A stretch of DNA of 64,000 bases from positions 2,180,374 through 2,244,373 of the forward strand of contig OZ245038.1 of the NCBI GenBank assembly GCA_965224125.1. The letters run 5' to 3'. Positions within the stretch are counted from its first letter, which is position 1. Each line of letters begins with the position of its first letter. Source of the DNA: Longimicrobiales bacterium (GTDB lineage Bacteria; Gemmatimonadota; Gemmatimonadetes; Longimicrobiales; Gaopeijiaceae). The notes beneath the pieces were generated by a model. The model ran no database searches, was not told where the DNA came from, and worked only from the letters and a program-made list of their open reading frames with translations. Positions 56,451 to 64,000 of this stretch are shown here, in pieces. Position numbers and translations under genes: made by a program.

Positions 56451-57221
56451 TTAAGCGCATCCATCGGCCAGGTTGAAGAGCTGCCCTACCTCCGCGGAAG
56501 TCAAGGCGCGGTCGAAGATCTTGATGTCGTCCAACGATCCTTCGTACTGGAACTTGGGGTTCTGGTTGGCGTGCATGCGGCCAATCAAGCCCGGGCCGCC
56601 GCTGTAGAGCATCGTCCCTCCGCTCCCCGCGTAGACGCTGGGGTGTTCGACGGCGTCGAGGTAGATGGTCCGGTCCTGGTGAGCGGCGAATACGATGACG
56701 ACGTGGTGCCACTCGTTGAGTCCGAACAGGTTGTCCGGGCTGAAGTTGCTCAGCCGGTTCCAGGGGGCGGAGAAGCCCTGGTAGACGTTGGCTCCCACAC
56801 CGCCGTCGGGACCCACCCACATGCCTATCCCCCAGCGATTGGCCGCGTCGTTGGCATCGTCGTTCGCGAGAACATGGGCCGCCGTGTTCTTCGTTTGGTT
56901 GAACCAGAGACTAATGGTGATGGGGTAGGGAGCCTGGCCCCCGGGGCCGATCGAGATGGCGTCGTCCACCCCGTCGAACTGGTAGGCACTGTTGGCATTC
57001 CCGAACCGATCGGCCGCGAGCGCCGCGCCCTGGACGGTCCCGTGGTTTCCATTGCCCGACGCGTCGTTGGCGTTCCCAGTGAACGGGTAGGACACGATGG
57101 GACCCAAGGAACCGGGGCACATCTGATCGGGCGGGGAAGTGCCACTGTCGCCTCCGTCGCAGGCGCTGAGCAATGCGAACAGCGTGGTGGCAGAGGCAAG
57201 GGAAGCGAGCTTGGTGAACAT
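56451..57221 (-). CDS. LamG-like (concanavalin A-like lectin/glucanase, Laminin_G_3) lipoprotein
   Basis: Lipobox LSACDGG. LamG_3 signature GNANSAYQFDGVDDAISIG...ITISLWF...LDDIKIFDRALTSAEVGQLF. Confidence 0.6.
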   Translation of the reverse strand: MFTKLASLASATTLFALLSACDGGDSGTSPPDQMCPGSLGPIVSYPFTGNANDASGNGNHGTVQGAALAADRFGNANSAYQFDGVDDAISIGPGGQAPYPITISLWFNQTKNTAAHVLANDDANDAANRWGIGMWVGPDGGVGANVYQGFSAPWNRLSNFSPDNLFGLNEWHHVVIVFAAHQDRTIYLDAVEHPSVYAGSGGTMLYSGGPGLIGRMHANQNPKFQYEGSLDDIKIFDRALTSAEVGQLFNLADGCA

Positions 57222-57419
57222 AGGGTCGGGCCTCCTTTGGTCGGGCAGGGTCCCCGTCTTCGAACTCAGGGCTCCCTACTGCCCCTAAACGCGAAACCAC
57301 GGCTCCGCGGCTGGGCATCGCCGCGTTGATTTCCTCTGACCAGACGTCTAGGATGCCATCCCGCAGGGGCCCCCAAGCCTTTTGACGGGGCGTCAAGAAC
57401 CGCGCACCTCGCCCAGAGG

Positions 57420-59789
57420 ATGGCCATGACCCTGCGTAGCTCATTCGCGCTCGCCCTAGTCTTCTCGTCGCCCCTCGGCGTTCGGGCGCAAGTCGCCGAT
57501 ACGGTCGACATAGGGATGCTGGTCGACCAGCTGATTCCGGGGTTCGAAGCCATCGCCAGTCAGATGGTCGATGAGATCTCAGCGGTCGTGGGTCCCTCCG
57601 CTGTGATCCGCTTTTCACGCGCCAATCTCAGGACTCACGAGTATGATCTGAGTCGGGCCGAACAGCTCTATGAAGAGCTGGTTGGCTCCGGCGTGGAGAT
57701 TGTCCTGGCAGCCGGTCCGGTCACGGTCACGGCGCTGTCGCGGAGGACGGCCTTCCCGACTCCGACCATCCTGTTTGGGTCGCTGAACCGGGACGTCATC
57801 GACGTGCGCGGTGATGAGAGTACGTCGGGCGTCGACAACCTGACGTACGTCGTCACCACCCAGTCATACGAACGCGATCTCACGACGCTCAGGAGCCTCT
57901 ACGCGTTCCAGCGGGTCGGGGTCTTGATGATGGAGGCCCAACTCCAGGTTCCTGAGATTCGCGCCGACTTGGATCAACAGTTCCAAAGGCTGAGTCTCGA
58001 CTATGAACTGATCCCCTACACGACCGTAGCCGCGCTGGGCCCCTACCTGGAGCGGGTCGACGCGCTCTACTTGGCAGAGAGTTACGGCATCGAACCCGAG
58101 GAGCTCCGGCAGATCGCAGACGAGCTACTGGTCCGCCGCCTTCCGTCGTTCTCGGCCGCGCGCCGCGAGGACGTTGAGATGGGCTTCCTGGCGACCAATG
58201 CTCCGGCCGAGAGCATGGACCTGTTCCTCCGGAGAATCGCGTTGCACGTGGAAGCCATCGTGGACGGGCAGAATCTCTCCGAACGTCCCGTATTCCTCGA
58301 CGTCAACGAGGCGCTCACCATCAACTTCAATACTGCCGAGCTGGTGGGTGTGCCGATCAAGTACAGCCTGATCGCGACGACCGAGTTCGTGGGGGACTTC
58401 GTGAACGTCCTCTCAGAGCGGACCTATACTCTCGCGGAGGCCGTCGAGCAGGCTCGGGCCCAAAACCCGCTGTTGAGCGCGGACAGGTTGGGGACCGCGC
58501 TGAGTGAGACGGACATCGACGCCGCTTGGAGTGCCTACCTCCCGAGCGTGAGCATGATCGGGAGTGGCAACGTCGTCGACCCTGACCTGGCTCAGCTCTC
58601 GGGAGGGCAGAACCCGCAGTACTCCGCGCTTGGCTCACTCGTCCTGAGCCAGGCCATCTTCTCCCCTCAAACCAACGCCAACATCAGCATTCAGCGTAGC
58701 CGTTTGCGAGCCCAAGAGGAGGACGTGCGGGCCGCCGAGCTCGACCTGGTGCTCGACGTCGCCAACGCCTACCTGAATGCCTTGATACTGAAGGCCAACC
58801 TTCAGATTCGTAGCCAGAACCTCGACCTCACCCGTCGGAACCTCCTCATCGCCGAACAAAACAATGAAGCCGGGCAGGTGGGGCGGGGCGATGTCCTTCG
58901 CTTGGAGAGCGCGGCGGCCTCCGACCGCCAGGCGCTCGTGGAAGCGATCAATCAACTGGAGGGGGCGTTCTATGCCCTCAACCAACTGCTGGACAATCCC
59001 GTCAATCGCGAGATCGATGTGGTCGACCAATGGGCAGGGCAGGGTGTGTTGGAAGGCAGTGCCTACGGACAGCTGCAGGGATGGTTGGACGATCCCTCCA
59101 CCCGCGTTGCACTCGAGGACTTCCTGGTTCAGGAAGCCCAACAAAACGCACCGGAGCTTCGGGCGCTCGATCACAACCTCGACGCATCGGAACGAACCAT
59201 CTCCCTGTTCGGGGCCCAGCGTTTCCTGCCCACGTTGGCTGCGCAGGCTCAGTACAACCGAACGTTCGATCAAGGCGGGGTGGGAGCGCCCGGTCCCGAG
59301 GTCCCAGCGGTGCCGGCCTACTACACCTTGGGCTTCCAGGCTTCGATCCCGCTGTTCGATTCGAACAGCCGCAATATCGACCGCGCCGCAGCTCGGATCC
59401 AAAGAGACCAGCTTCAGCTCAATCGCGACTACGCCACCGGTGCCATCGAAAGGGGGGTCCGAGAGCTGGTCCTGGAGCTCACGAACCAGGTCGCCAACAT
59501 CGAGCTGTCCGGGGTGTCGGAGAGGGCGGCGGCGGAAGCGTTGGACCTGACCCAAGCCGCCTACTCCAATGGCGCGGTGGGTATCGTCGACCTACTCGAC
59601 GCGCAGACGAGCCATCTGCAGGCACGCCTCGCCAGCGCGAGCGCCACGTACACCTTCGTGGCGGCTTCGCTCGCGCTAGGCAGGCAGATCGGCACCTACT
59701 TTCTCCTGACTGGCAACGGTCCGGACGAATCGTTCCTTCAGCGCTTCCAGGAGTTCCGGGCTAGGCGCGCCGACCCCAGCGGAGCATGA
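57420..59789 (+). CDS. Fusion protein: N-terminal periplasmic substrate-binding-protein-like domain (ABC_sub_bind-like, ~330 aa) joined to a C-terminal TolC-family outer-membrane efflux protein
   Basis: Signal peptide. Residues ~30-340 have the alternating beta-alpha pattern of type-I periplasmic binding proteins. From ~residue 345 (YTLAEAVEQARAQNPLLSA...) a canonical OEP/TolC begins, with two repeats. First gene of the MFP-RND operon. Confidence 0.6.
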   Translation: MAMTLRSSFALALVFSSPLGVRAQVADTVDIGMLVDQLIPGFEAIASQMVDEISAVVGPSAVIRFSRANLRTHEYDLSRAEQLYEELVGSGVEIVLAAGPVTVTALSRRTAFPTPTILFGSLNRDVIDVRGDESTSGVDNLTYVVTTQSYERDLTTLRSLYAFQRVGVLMMEAQLQVPEIRADLDQQFQRLSLDYELIPYTTVAALGPYLERVDALYLAESYGIEPEELRQIADELLVRRLPSFSAARREDVEMGFLATNAPAESMDLFLRRIALHVEAIVDGQNLSERPVFLDVNEALTINFNTAELVGVPIKYSLIATTEFVGDFVNVLSERTYTLAEAVEQARAQNPLLSADRLGTALSETDIDAAWSAYLPSVSMIGSGNVVDPDLAQLSGGQNPQYSALGSLVLSQAIFSPQTNANISIQRSRLRAQEEDVRAAELDLVLDVANAYLNALILKANLQIRSQNLDLTRRNLLIAEQNNEAGQVGRGDVLRLESAAASDRQALVEAINQLEGAFYALNQLLDNPVNREIDVVDQWAGQGVLEGSAYGQLQGWLDDPSTRVALEDFLVQEAQQNAPELRALDHNLDASERTISLFGAQRFLPTLAAQAQYNRTFDQGGVGAPGPEVPAVPAYYTLGFQASIPLFDSNSRNIDRAAARIQRDQLQLNRDYATGAIERGVRELVLELTNQVANIELSGVSERAAAEALDLTQAAYSNGAVGIVDLLDAQTSHLQARLASASATYTFVAASLALGRQIGTYFLLTGNGPDESFLQRFQEFRARRADPSGA

Positions 59790-59793
59790 GGTT

Positions 59794-60894
59794 TTGATGC
59801 GGATTCCATCGTTCACATCGGGAGTGGTATTCTCAGCCTTGTTGGCTGGTTCATGGGGCTGTGGCAGCGCGGCCGACGAGCAGGAGCGGCCCCCTCGGCC
59901 TGTTCGAGCGCATACCGTTGGGTATGCGGGAGGTGAGGCCACGAGGAGCTTCAGTGGGACTGCCCGCACCGGGAGCATCATCAATCTCAGCTTCCGTAGC
60001 GGAGGTGTGGTCACGCTGTTTGACATGCGCATTGGTCAGGAGGTCCAGCGGGGCCAGTTGCTCGCTCGCCTGGACAACGTGACGGCCCGACTCGCTTACG
60101 AGCAGGCCGTCTCAGCTCTCAACAGTGCGGCGTCCCAAATGAGTACGGCCCAGTCCACACTCAATCGTGTTCGAACGCTCTACGAAAGGGGCACCGCTTC
60201 GCTGAGCGAGTACGAAAGTGCCAAGAACTCGTTCAACAACGCCGAGGCGAGCCACGAGTCGGCTGAGCGGAGCGTGGAGATTCAACGGGACCAGATCAAC
60301 TACGGCTTCATCTACGCCCCGGCCGACGGCACCATCGCTGCCGTGAACGCGGAGTTGAACGAAAACGTGAGCGCAGGTCAGACCGTAGCCGTCCTGAACG
60401 TGGGCGGCGAAATGGAGATCGCGCTCGGACTCCCCGAGAGCGTAATCACTCGCATTGACGAGGGCATGTCGGCGCGCATCTCCTTTCCCGCCCTGGCCGG
60501 GCGTGAGTTCGAGGGAAGGGTCACAGAGGTGTCTCCGTCGGTGGATGCCAACACCGCGACCTACCCAGTCCGGGTGTCGGTTCAAGGTCCAAGCACCGAT
60601 ATCCGCACTGGGATGGCGGCCAACGTTGCGTTTGCGCTCGGTGCCTCACCGACCGACATGGGGGCGCCTCTGGTCGTTCCCGCCAACGCGGTTTCCGAGG
60701 ATGGTGACGGTCGTTTCGTCTTCGTGCTCGACCCCATTGAGGGAGGGACCACCTCAGTGCGCAAGCAGCGCGTCACGCTTGGTGACCTGACTCAGGAGGG
60801 GTTCGAAATCCGTGACGGGCTGAGCGAGGGGCAACTGATTGCGACGGCCGGATTGTCGACGTTGCTCGACGGTCAGCGGGTCCGCGTTCAGTAG
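59794..60894 (+). CDS. Efflux RND periplasmic adaptor subunit (HlyD/MFP family)
   Basis: Lipoprotein signal (LAGSWGCGS), coiled-coil hairpin, barrel and MP domains. 4 bp after the TolC-fusion stop. Confidence 0.75.
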   Translation: MMRIPSFTSGVVFSALLAGSWGCGSAADEQERPPRPVRAHTVGYAGGEATRSFSGTARTGSIINLSFRSGGVVTLFDMRIGQEVQRGQLLARLDNVTARLAYEQAVSALNSAASQMSTAQSTLNRVRTLYERGTASLSEYESAKNSFNNAEASHESAERSVEIQRDQINYGFIYAPADGTIAAVNAELNENVSAGQTVAVLNVGGEMEIALGLPESVITRIDEGMSARISFPALAGREFEGRVTEVSPSVDANTATYPVRVSVQGPSTDIRTGMAANVAFALGASPTDMGAPLVVPANAVSEDGDGRFVFVLDPIEGGTTSVRKQRVTLGDLTQEGFEIRDGLSEGQLIATAGLSTLLDGQRVRVQ

Positions 60895-60903
60895 GCAGGA
60901 CCG

Positions 60904-63900
60904 ATGAACCTCACCCGGTTTGCGATCGAAAAGAGCCGAATCACGTTCATGGTCCTCACGACCGTGATCATTCTCGGGGTGGTCTCCTACGGAGGCCTCG
61001 CCCGCGACAGCATGCCCCCATACACGGTTCGAGTCGCCACAGTCGTTTCCTCGTTCCCGGGAGCGAGTCCAGACCGGGTCGAACAGTTGGTCACCGACAA
61101 GGTGGAGAAGGTTGCCCAGGAGTTGCCGGAGCTGAAGGAGGTGTCCAGCACCTCTCGGACCGGCCTCTCGGTGGTAGCCGTAACGCTCAAAGACGAGGTT
61201 GGCGCGGGCGACCTACAGGCGGTCTGGGACCGATTGCGTCGCAAGCTCGACCAGATGAGCGGGCTTCCCGCCGAGGTGACGCCCAACCTTCAGGATGACG
61301 GAATCGGGGAGGTCTACGGAATCGCGGTGGGCCTGACGAGTGACGGCTTCTCGTACGCAGAGATGCGGGAGTACGCTGACGACCTCCGGGATGCTCTCAT
61401 CAAACTGGACGATGCTGCCAAGGTTGAGATCGGAGGGATTCAGGACGAGCGCATCTTTGTCGAGTTCGACAACGCGCGACTGAGGGAGTACGACCTGTCG
61501 GCAAGCCTCCTCCAAGGAGTGATCGGATCGACCAACATTCTCAGTTCGGGCGGGGAGATCAATCTCGACAACGAGCGCATCATCCTCGAGCCGACCGGCA
61601 GTTTCGGCGACGTCGATGAGATCCGGCAGACGCTGATTCCGGCTGGGGAAGGACAGGTGGTACAACTCGGCGACGTCGCTACAGTTCGACAGGGCTACGT
61701 CGATCCCCCAACGCAAAGGGTGCGTGTCAACGGGCGCGACGCACTGACGCTCCACGTGTCCCTAAAGAGTGGGGCCAACGTGATCGCGTTGGGTGAGGAG
61801 GTGGATCGCGTGCTAGCCGAGTGGCAGGACCGGCTGCCGATTGGGCTCGAGCTCCAGCGGGTAGCTTCGCTCGACGAGTACATCGACGTAAAGGTCGGAG
61901 ACTTCATCGGGAACCTGCTGCAGTCCATCGGCATCGTGCTACTGGTCATGCTGGTCTTCCTGGGCGTCAGGACCGGACTGGTGATCGCCAGTCTCATTCC
62001 AATCGTTACCGTCATCACCTTCATGCTCATGGGGTCCTTCGGCGTTGGGCTCAACCAAGTTACGCTCGCCGCCCTCATCATGGCGCTGGGAATGATGGTA
62101 GACAACGCGATCGTTGTCGCCGAGTCAGTGATGGTGAAGATGGAGGCCGGCGTAGAGGCCAAGCAGGCCGCGATCGACGCCTGTGGAGAGCTCTTCACTC
62201 CGCTGCTTATCTCGACGCTCACCACCTCAGCCGCCTTTCTGGCCTTCTTCATGGCCGAATCCACCATGGGAGACATCGTCGGGCCGATCTTCGTGGTCAT
62301 CACCATGGCCCTGCTCTCGTCCTGGTTCGTGGCGCTGACCGTGGTGACCATGTTCTGCACGATGTTCCTCAAGGCAGGACAGGGCGACGGCAAGCAGGGA
62401 CTGATTGACCGGCTCATCGCGAGGTCGAGGATCATATACAAGGACCTCATCCTTCAGGCGCTAGCACGCAAACGGTCGGTGGTTCTTTCGATACTGGGCT
62501 TGTTCGTGATATCGCTGTTCGGGTTTACGCTCATCCCCTTCGTGTTCTTCCCCGATAGCGACCGCAATCTCGTAACGGTCGACATCAATCTTCCGCTGGG
62601 CACTCGGGTCGAACGCACCGACGAGATCGTGACCGCTTTCGAGCGCTTCATGGCTGACTCGATGCGGGTGGAGCCGACTGGCGAAGTAGGCGTGTTGGCG
62701 TGGTCGTCGTACGTGGGAGAAGGGCCGGCAGCCTACGACATGGGCTACTCGCCCGATGAAGCCAACTCCAGCTATGCCCATCTGCTGGTAACCACGTCGG
62801 CCTTCGAACACAATCCGAACGTCACAACACGCTTGGACGACTTTGCGTTCGAGTCGTTCCCTGATGCAGACGTGAAGGTGGGTCCCCTCGGGGCCGGCGG
62901 CGCTGGCGTGCCGATTGAGATCAAGGTGTCGGGTCCTGATCCCGACGAGCTCGCTAGGATATCTGAGGCGCTGAAGTTGCACCTGTCGTCGATTCGTGGA
63001 ACGAGAAACGTGAAGGACGACTGGGGGCCGAAGAGCAAGAAGTTCGTTGTGGCGATCGACCAAACCAGGGCACAGTTGGCGGGTGTCACCAGCCAGGATG
63101 TGGCGACGTCCCTGCAGACGGTCCTCGACGGATTCCGTACTGGCGAGTACCGAGAGGGCGACAAGAGCATCCCCATCCTCATGCGCAGCGAAACCAGTCA
63201 GCAGCAGACGCTGAGTTCGCTGGAGACCATGGATGTGTTTGCACAGGCCTCGGGTCGGAGCGTGCCGCTCCTCCAGGTCGCGGACGTAGTGCCTGAGTGG
63301 CAGTACTCGAAGGTGAAGCGGCTAGATCTTACCCGCACCGTACGGGTGACCAGCGAGCTCACAGCGGGCGGGAACGCGGCGGCGGTGACGGAAGAGTTGA
63401 CGCCCCTTTTGGAGGCGGAGGCCGAGGCCTGGCCCCCCGGCTACTCCTACGCGCTGGGGGGGGACGCTGAGAACACCGCCGAGAACATGGGGGCCGTGGT
63501 ACGCTACCTCCCGCTCTCTGCCTTCATCATCGTCCTGTTGTTGATCATCCAGTTCAACTCGACGCGTAAGACACTCATGGTGCTGTTGACGATTCCGCTT
63601 GCTGTCATCGGTGTGGTGATTGGGTTGCTGGTCTTTGGCGAGCCCTTCGGCTTCATGCCCTTCTTGGGTGTGATCTCACTGGCGGGAATCGTCATCAACA
63701 ATGCCATCGTACTGTTGGATCGCATCCAGATCGAACAGACCGAGCTGGGTCGGTCCGTAGAGGATGCCGTGATCACCGCCTGCCTCCAACGGTTCCGACC
63801 CATCCTACTCGCTACGTTCACGACCGTGTTCGGCCTGCTCCCTCTCTATTTGAGCGGAGGCGAGATGTGGGAAGGTATGGCGATCGGGATCATGGTCGGA

Positions 63901-64000
63901 CTGCTGTTCGGCACCGTCATCACGCTCGTCTTCATACCCTCGCTCCACAGCATCCTCTTCGGCGTAGACTACGACGACTACAGCTTCGATCCGAAGCTGA
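60904..64000 (+). CDS. Hydrophobe/amphiphile-type RND efflux permease (AcrB/MexB family). Partial: the 3' end runs off the window
   Basis: Starts MNLTRFAIEKSRITFMVLTTVIILGVVSYGGL. Typical RND 12-TM/periplasmic-loop organisation over 1032 codons without a stop. Absent from the ORF table because no stop lies in the window. Confidence 0.85.
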   Translation, partial: MNLTRFAIEKSRITFMVLTTVIILGVVSYGGLARDSMPPYTVRVATVVSSFPGASPDRVEQLVTDKVEKVAQELPELKEVSSTSRTGLSVVAVTLKDEVGAGDLQAVWDRLRRKLDQMSGLPAEVTPNLQDDGIGEVYGIAVGLTSDGFSYAEMREYADDLRDALIKLDDAAKVEIGGIQDERIFVEFDNARLREYDLSASLLQGVIGSTNILSSGGEINLDNERIILEPTGSFGDVDEIRQTLIPAGEGQVVQLGDVATVRQGYVDPPTQRVRVNGRDALTLHVSLKSGANVIALGEEVDRVLAEWQDRLPIGLELQRVASLDEYIDVKVGDFIGNLLQSIGIVLLVMLVFLGVRTGLVIASLIPIVTVITFMLMGSFGVGLNQVTLAALIMALGMMVDNAIVVAESVMVKMEAGVEAKQAAIDACGELFTPLLISTLTTSAAFLAFFMAESTMGDIVGPIFVVITMALLSSWFVALTVVTMFCTMFLKAGQGDGKQGLIDRLIARSRIIYKDLILQALARKRSVVLSILGLFVISLFGFTLIPFVFFPDSDRNLVTVDINLPLGTRVERTDEIVTAFERFMADSMRVEPTGEVGVLAWSSYVGEGPAAYDMGYSPDEANSSYAHLLVTTSAFEHNPNVTTRLDDFAFESFPDADVKVGPLGAGGAGVPIEIKVSGPDPDELARISEALKLHLSSIRGTRNVKDDWGPKSKKFVVAIDQTRAQLAGVTSQDVATSLQTVLDGFRTGEYREGDKSIPILMRSETSQQQTLSSLETMDVFAQASGRSVPLLQVADVVPEWQYSKVKRLDLTRTVRVTSELTAGGNAAAVTEELTPLLEAEAEAWPPGYSYALGGDAENTAENMGAVVRYLPLSAFIIVLLLIIQFNSTRKTLMVLLTIPLAVIGVVIGLLVFGEPFGFMPFLGVISLAGIVINNAIVLLDRIQIEQTELGRSVEDAVITACLQRFRPILLATFTTVFGLLPLYLSGGEMWEGMAIGIMVGLLFGTVITLVFIPSLHSILFGVDYDDYSFDPKL

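Noticed and set aside
58635-59555. 306-aa minus ORF antisense to the TolC-fusion gene, and 61695..62450 antisense to the RND permease
   Set aside because: Antisense shadows of motif-bearing genes.

Overview
High-GC (~66%) chromosomal segment. The gene content (GLPGLI, OMP_b-brl_3-type barrel, DUF5916 paralogs, ECF sigma plus Ser/Thr kinase-TPR, many lipoproteins) looks like a Gemmatimonadetes/FCB-group bacterium. About 50 protein-coding genes; I found no rRNA, tRNA or CRISPR array.

Recognisable modules:
- czcCBA-like heavy-metal RND efflux operon with a divergent LuxR-type regulator.
- A second tripartite RND operon whose outer-membrane component is an unusual fusion of a substrate-binding-protein-like domain to TolC.
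- FIST + PAS-GGDEF-EAL pair and a separate GGDEF gene (c-di-GMP signalling).
- ECF sigma factor + Ser/Thr kinase-TPR operon.
- Flotillin/NfeD pair.
- VapBC toxin-antitoxin pair; a DUF222-HNH endonuclease of the actinobacterial 13E12 type; two orphan AAA ATPases (DUF4143 and DUF234/COG1672-like).
- Voltage-gated K+ channel with a C-terminal zinc ribbon.
- Patatin-like phospholipase; S9 peptidase; prfC; tesB; threonine dehydratase.
- At the window start, a C-terminally truncated trypsin-like serine protease with a peculiar K/E-rich repeat tail.

Structure not explained by genes:
- A 60-bp near-perfect direct repeat duplicates the 3' end of the GAF-domain gene and flanks a 1.7-kb insert carrying a beta-propeller lipoprotein and a small membrane-peptide ORF.
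- A tandem array of ATTGACGTCAAT palindromes sits between two convergent genes.
- A 4x ~21-bp operator-like array sits in a divergent promoter.
- A TTGACA palindrome plus four ~16-bp tandem repeats lie upstream of tesB.

Coordinates of small features are counted by hand and may be off by 1-2 bp.
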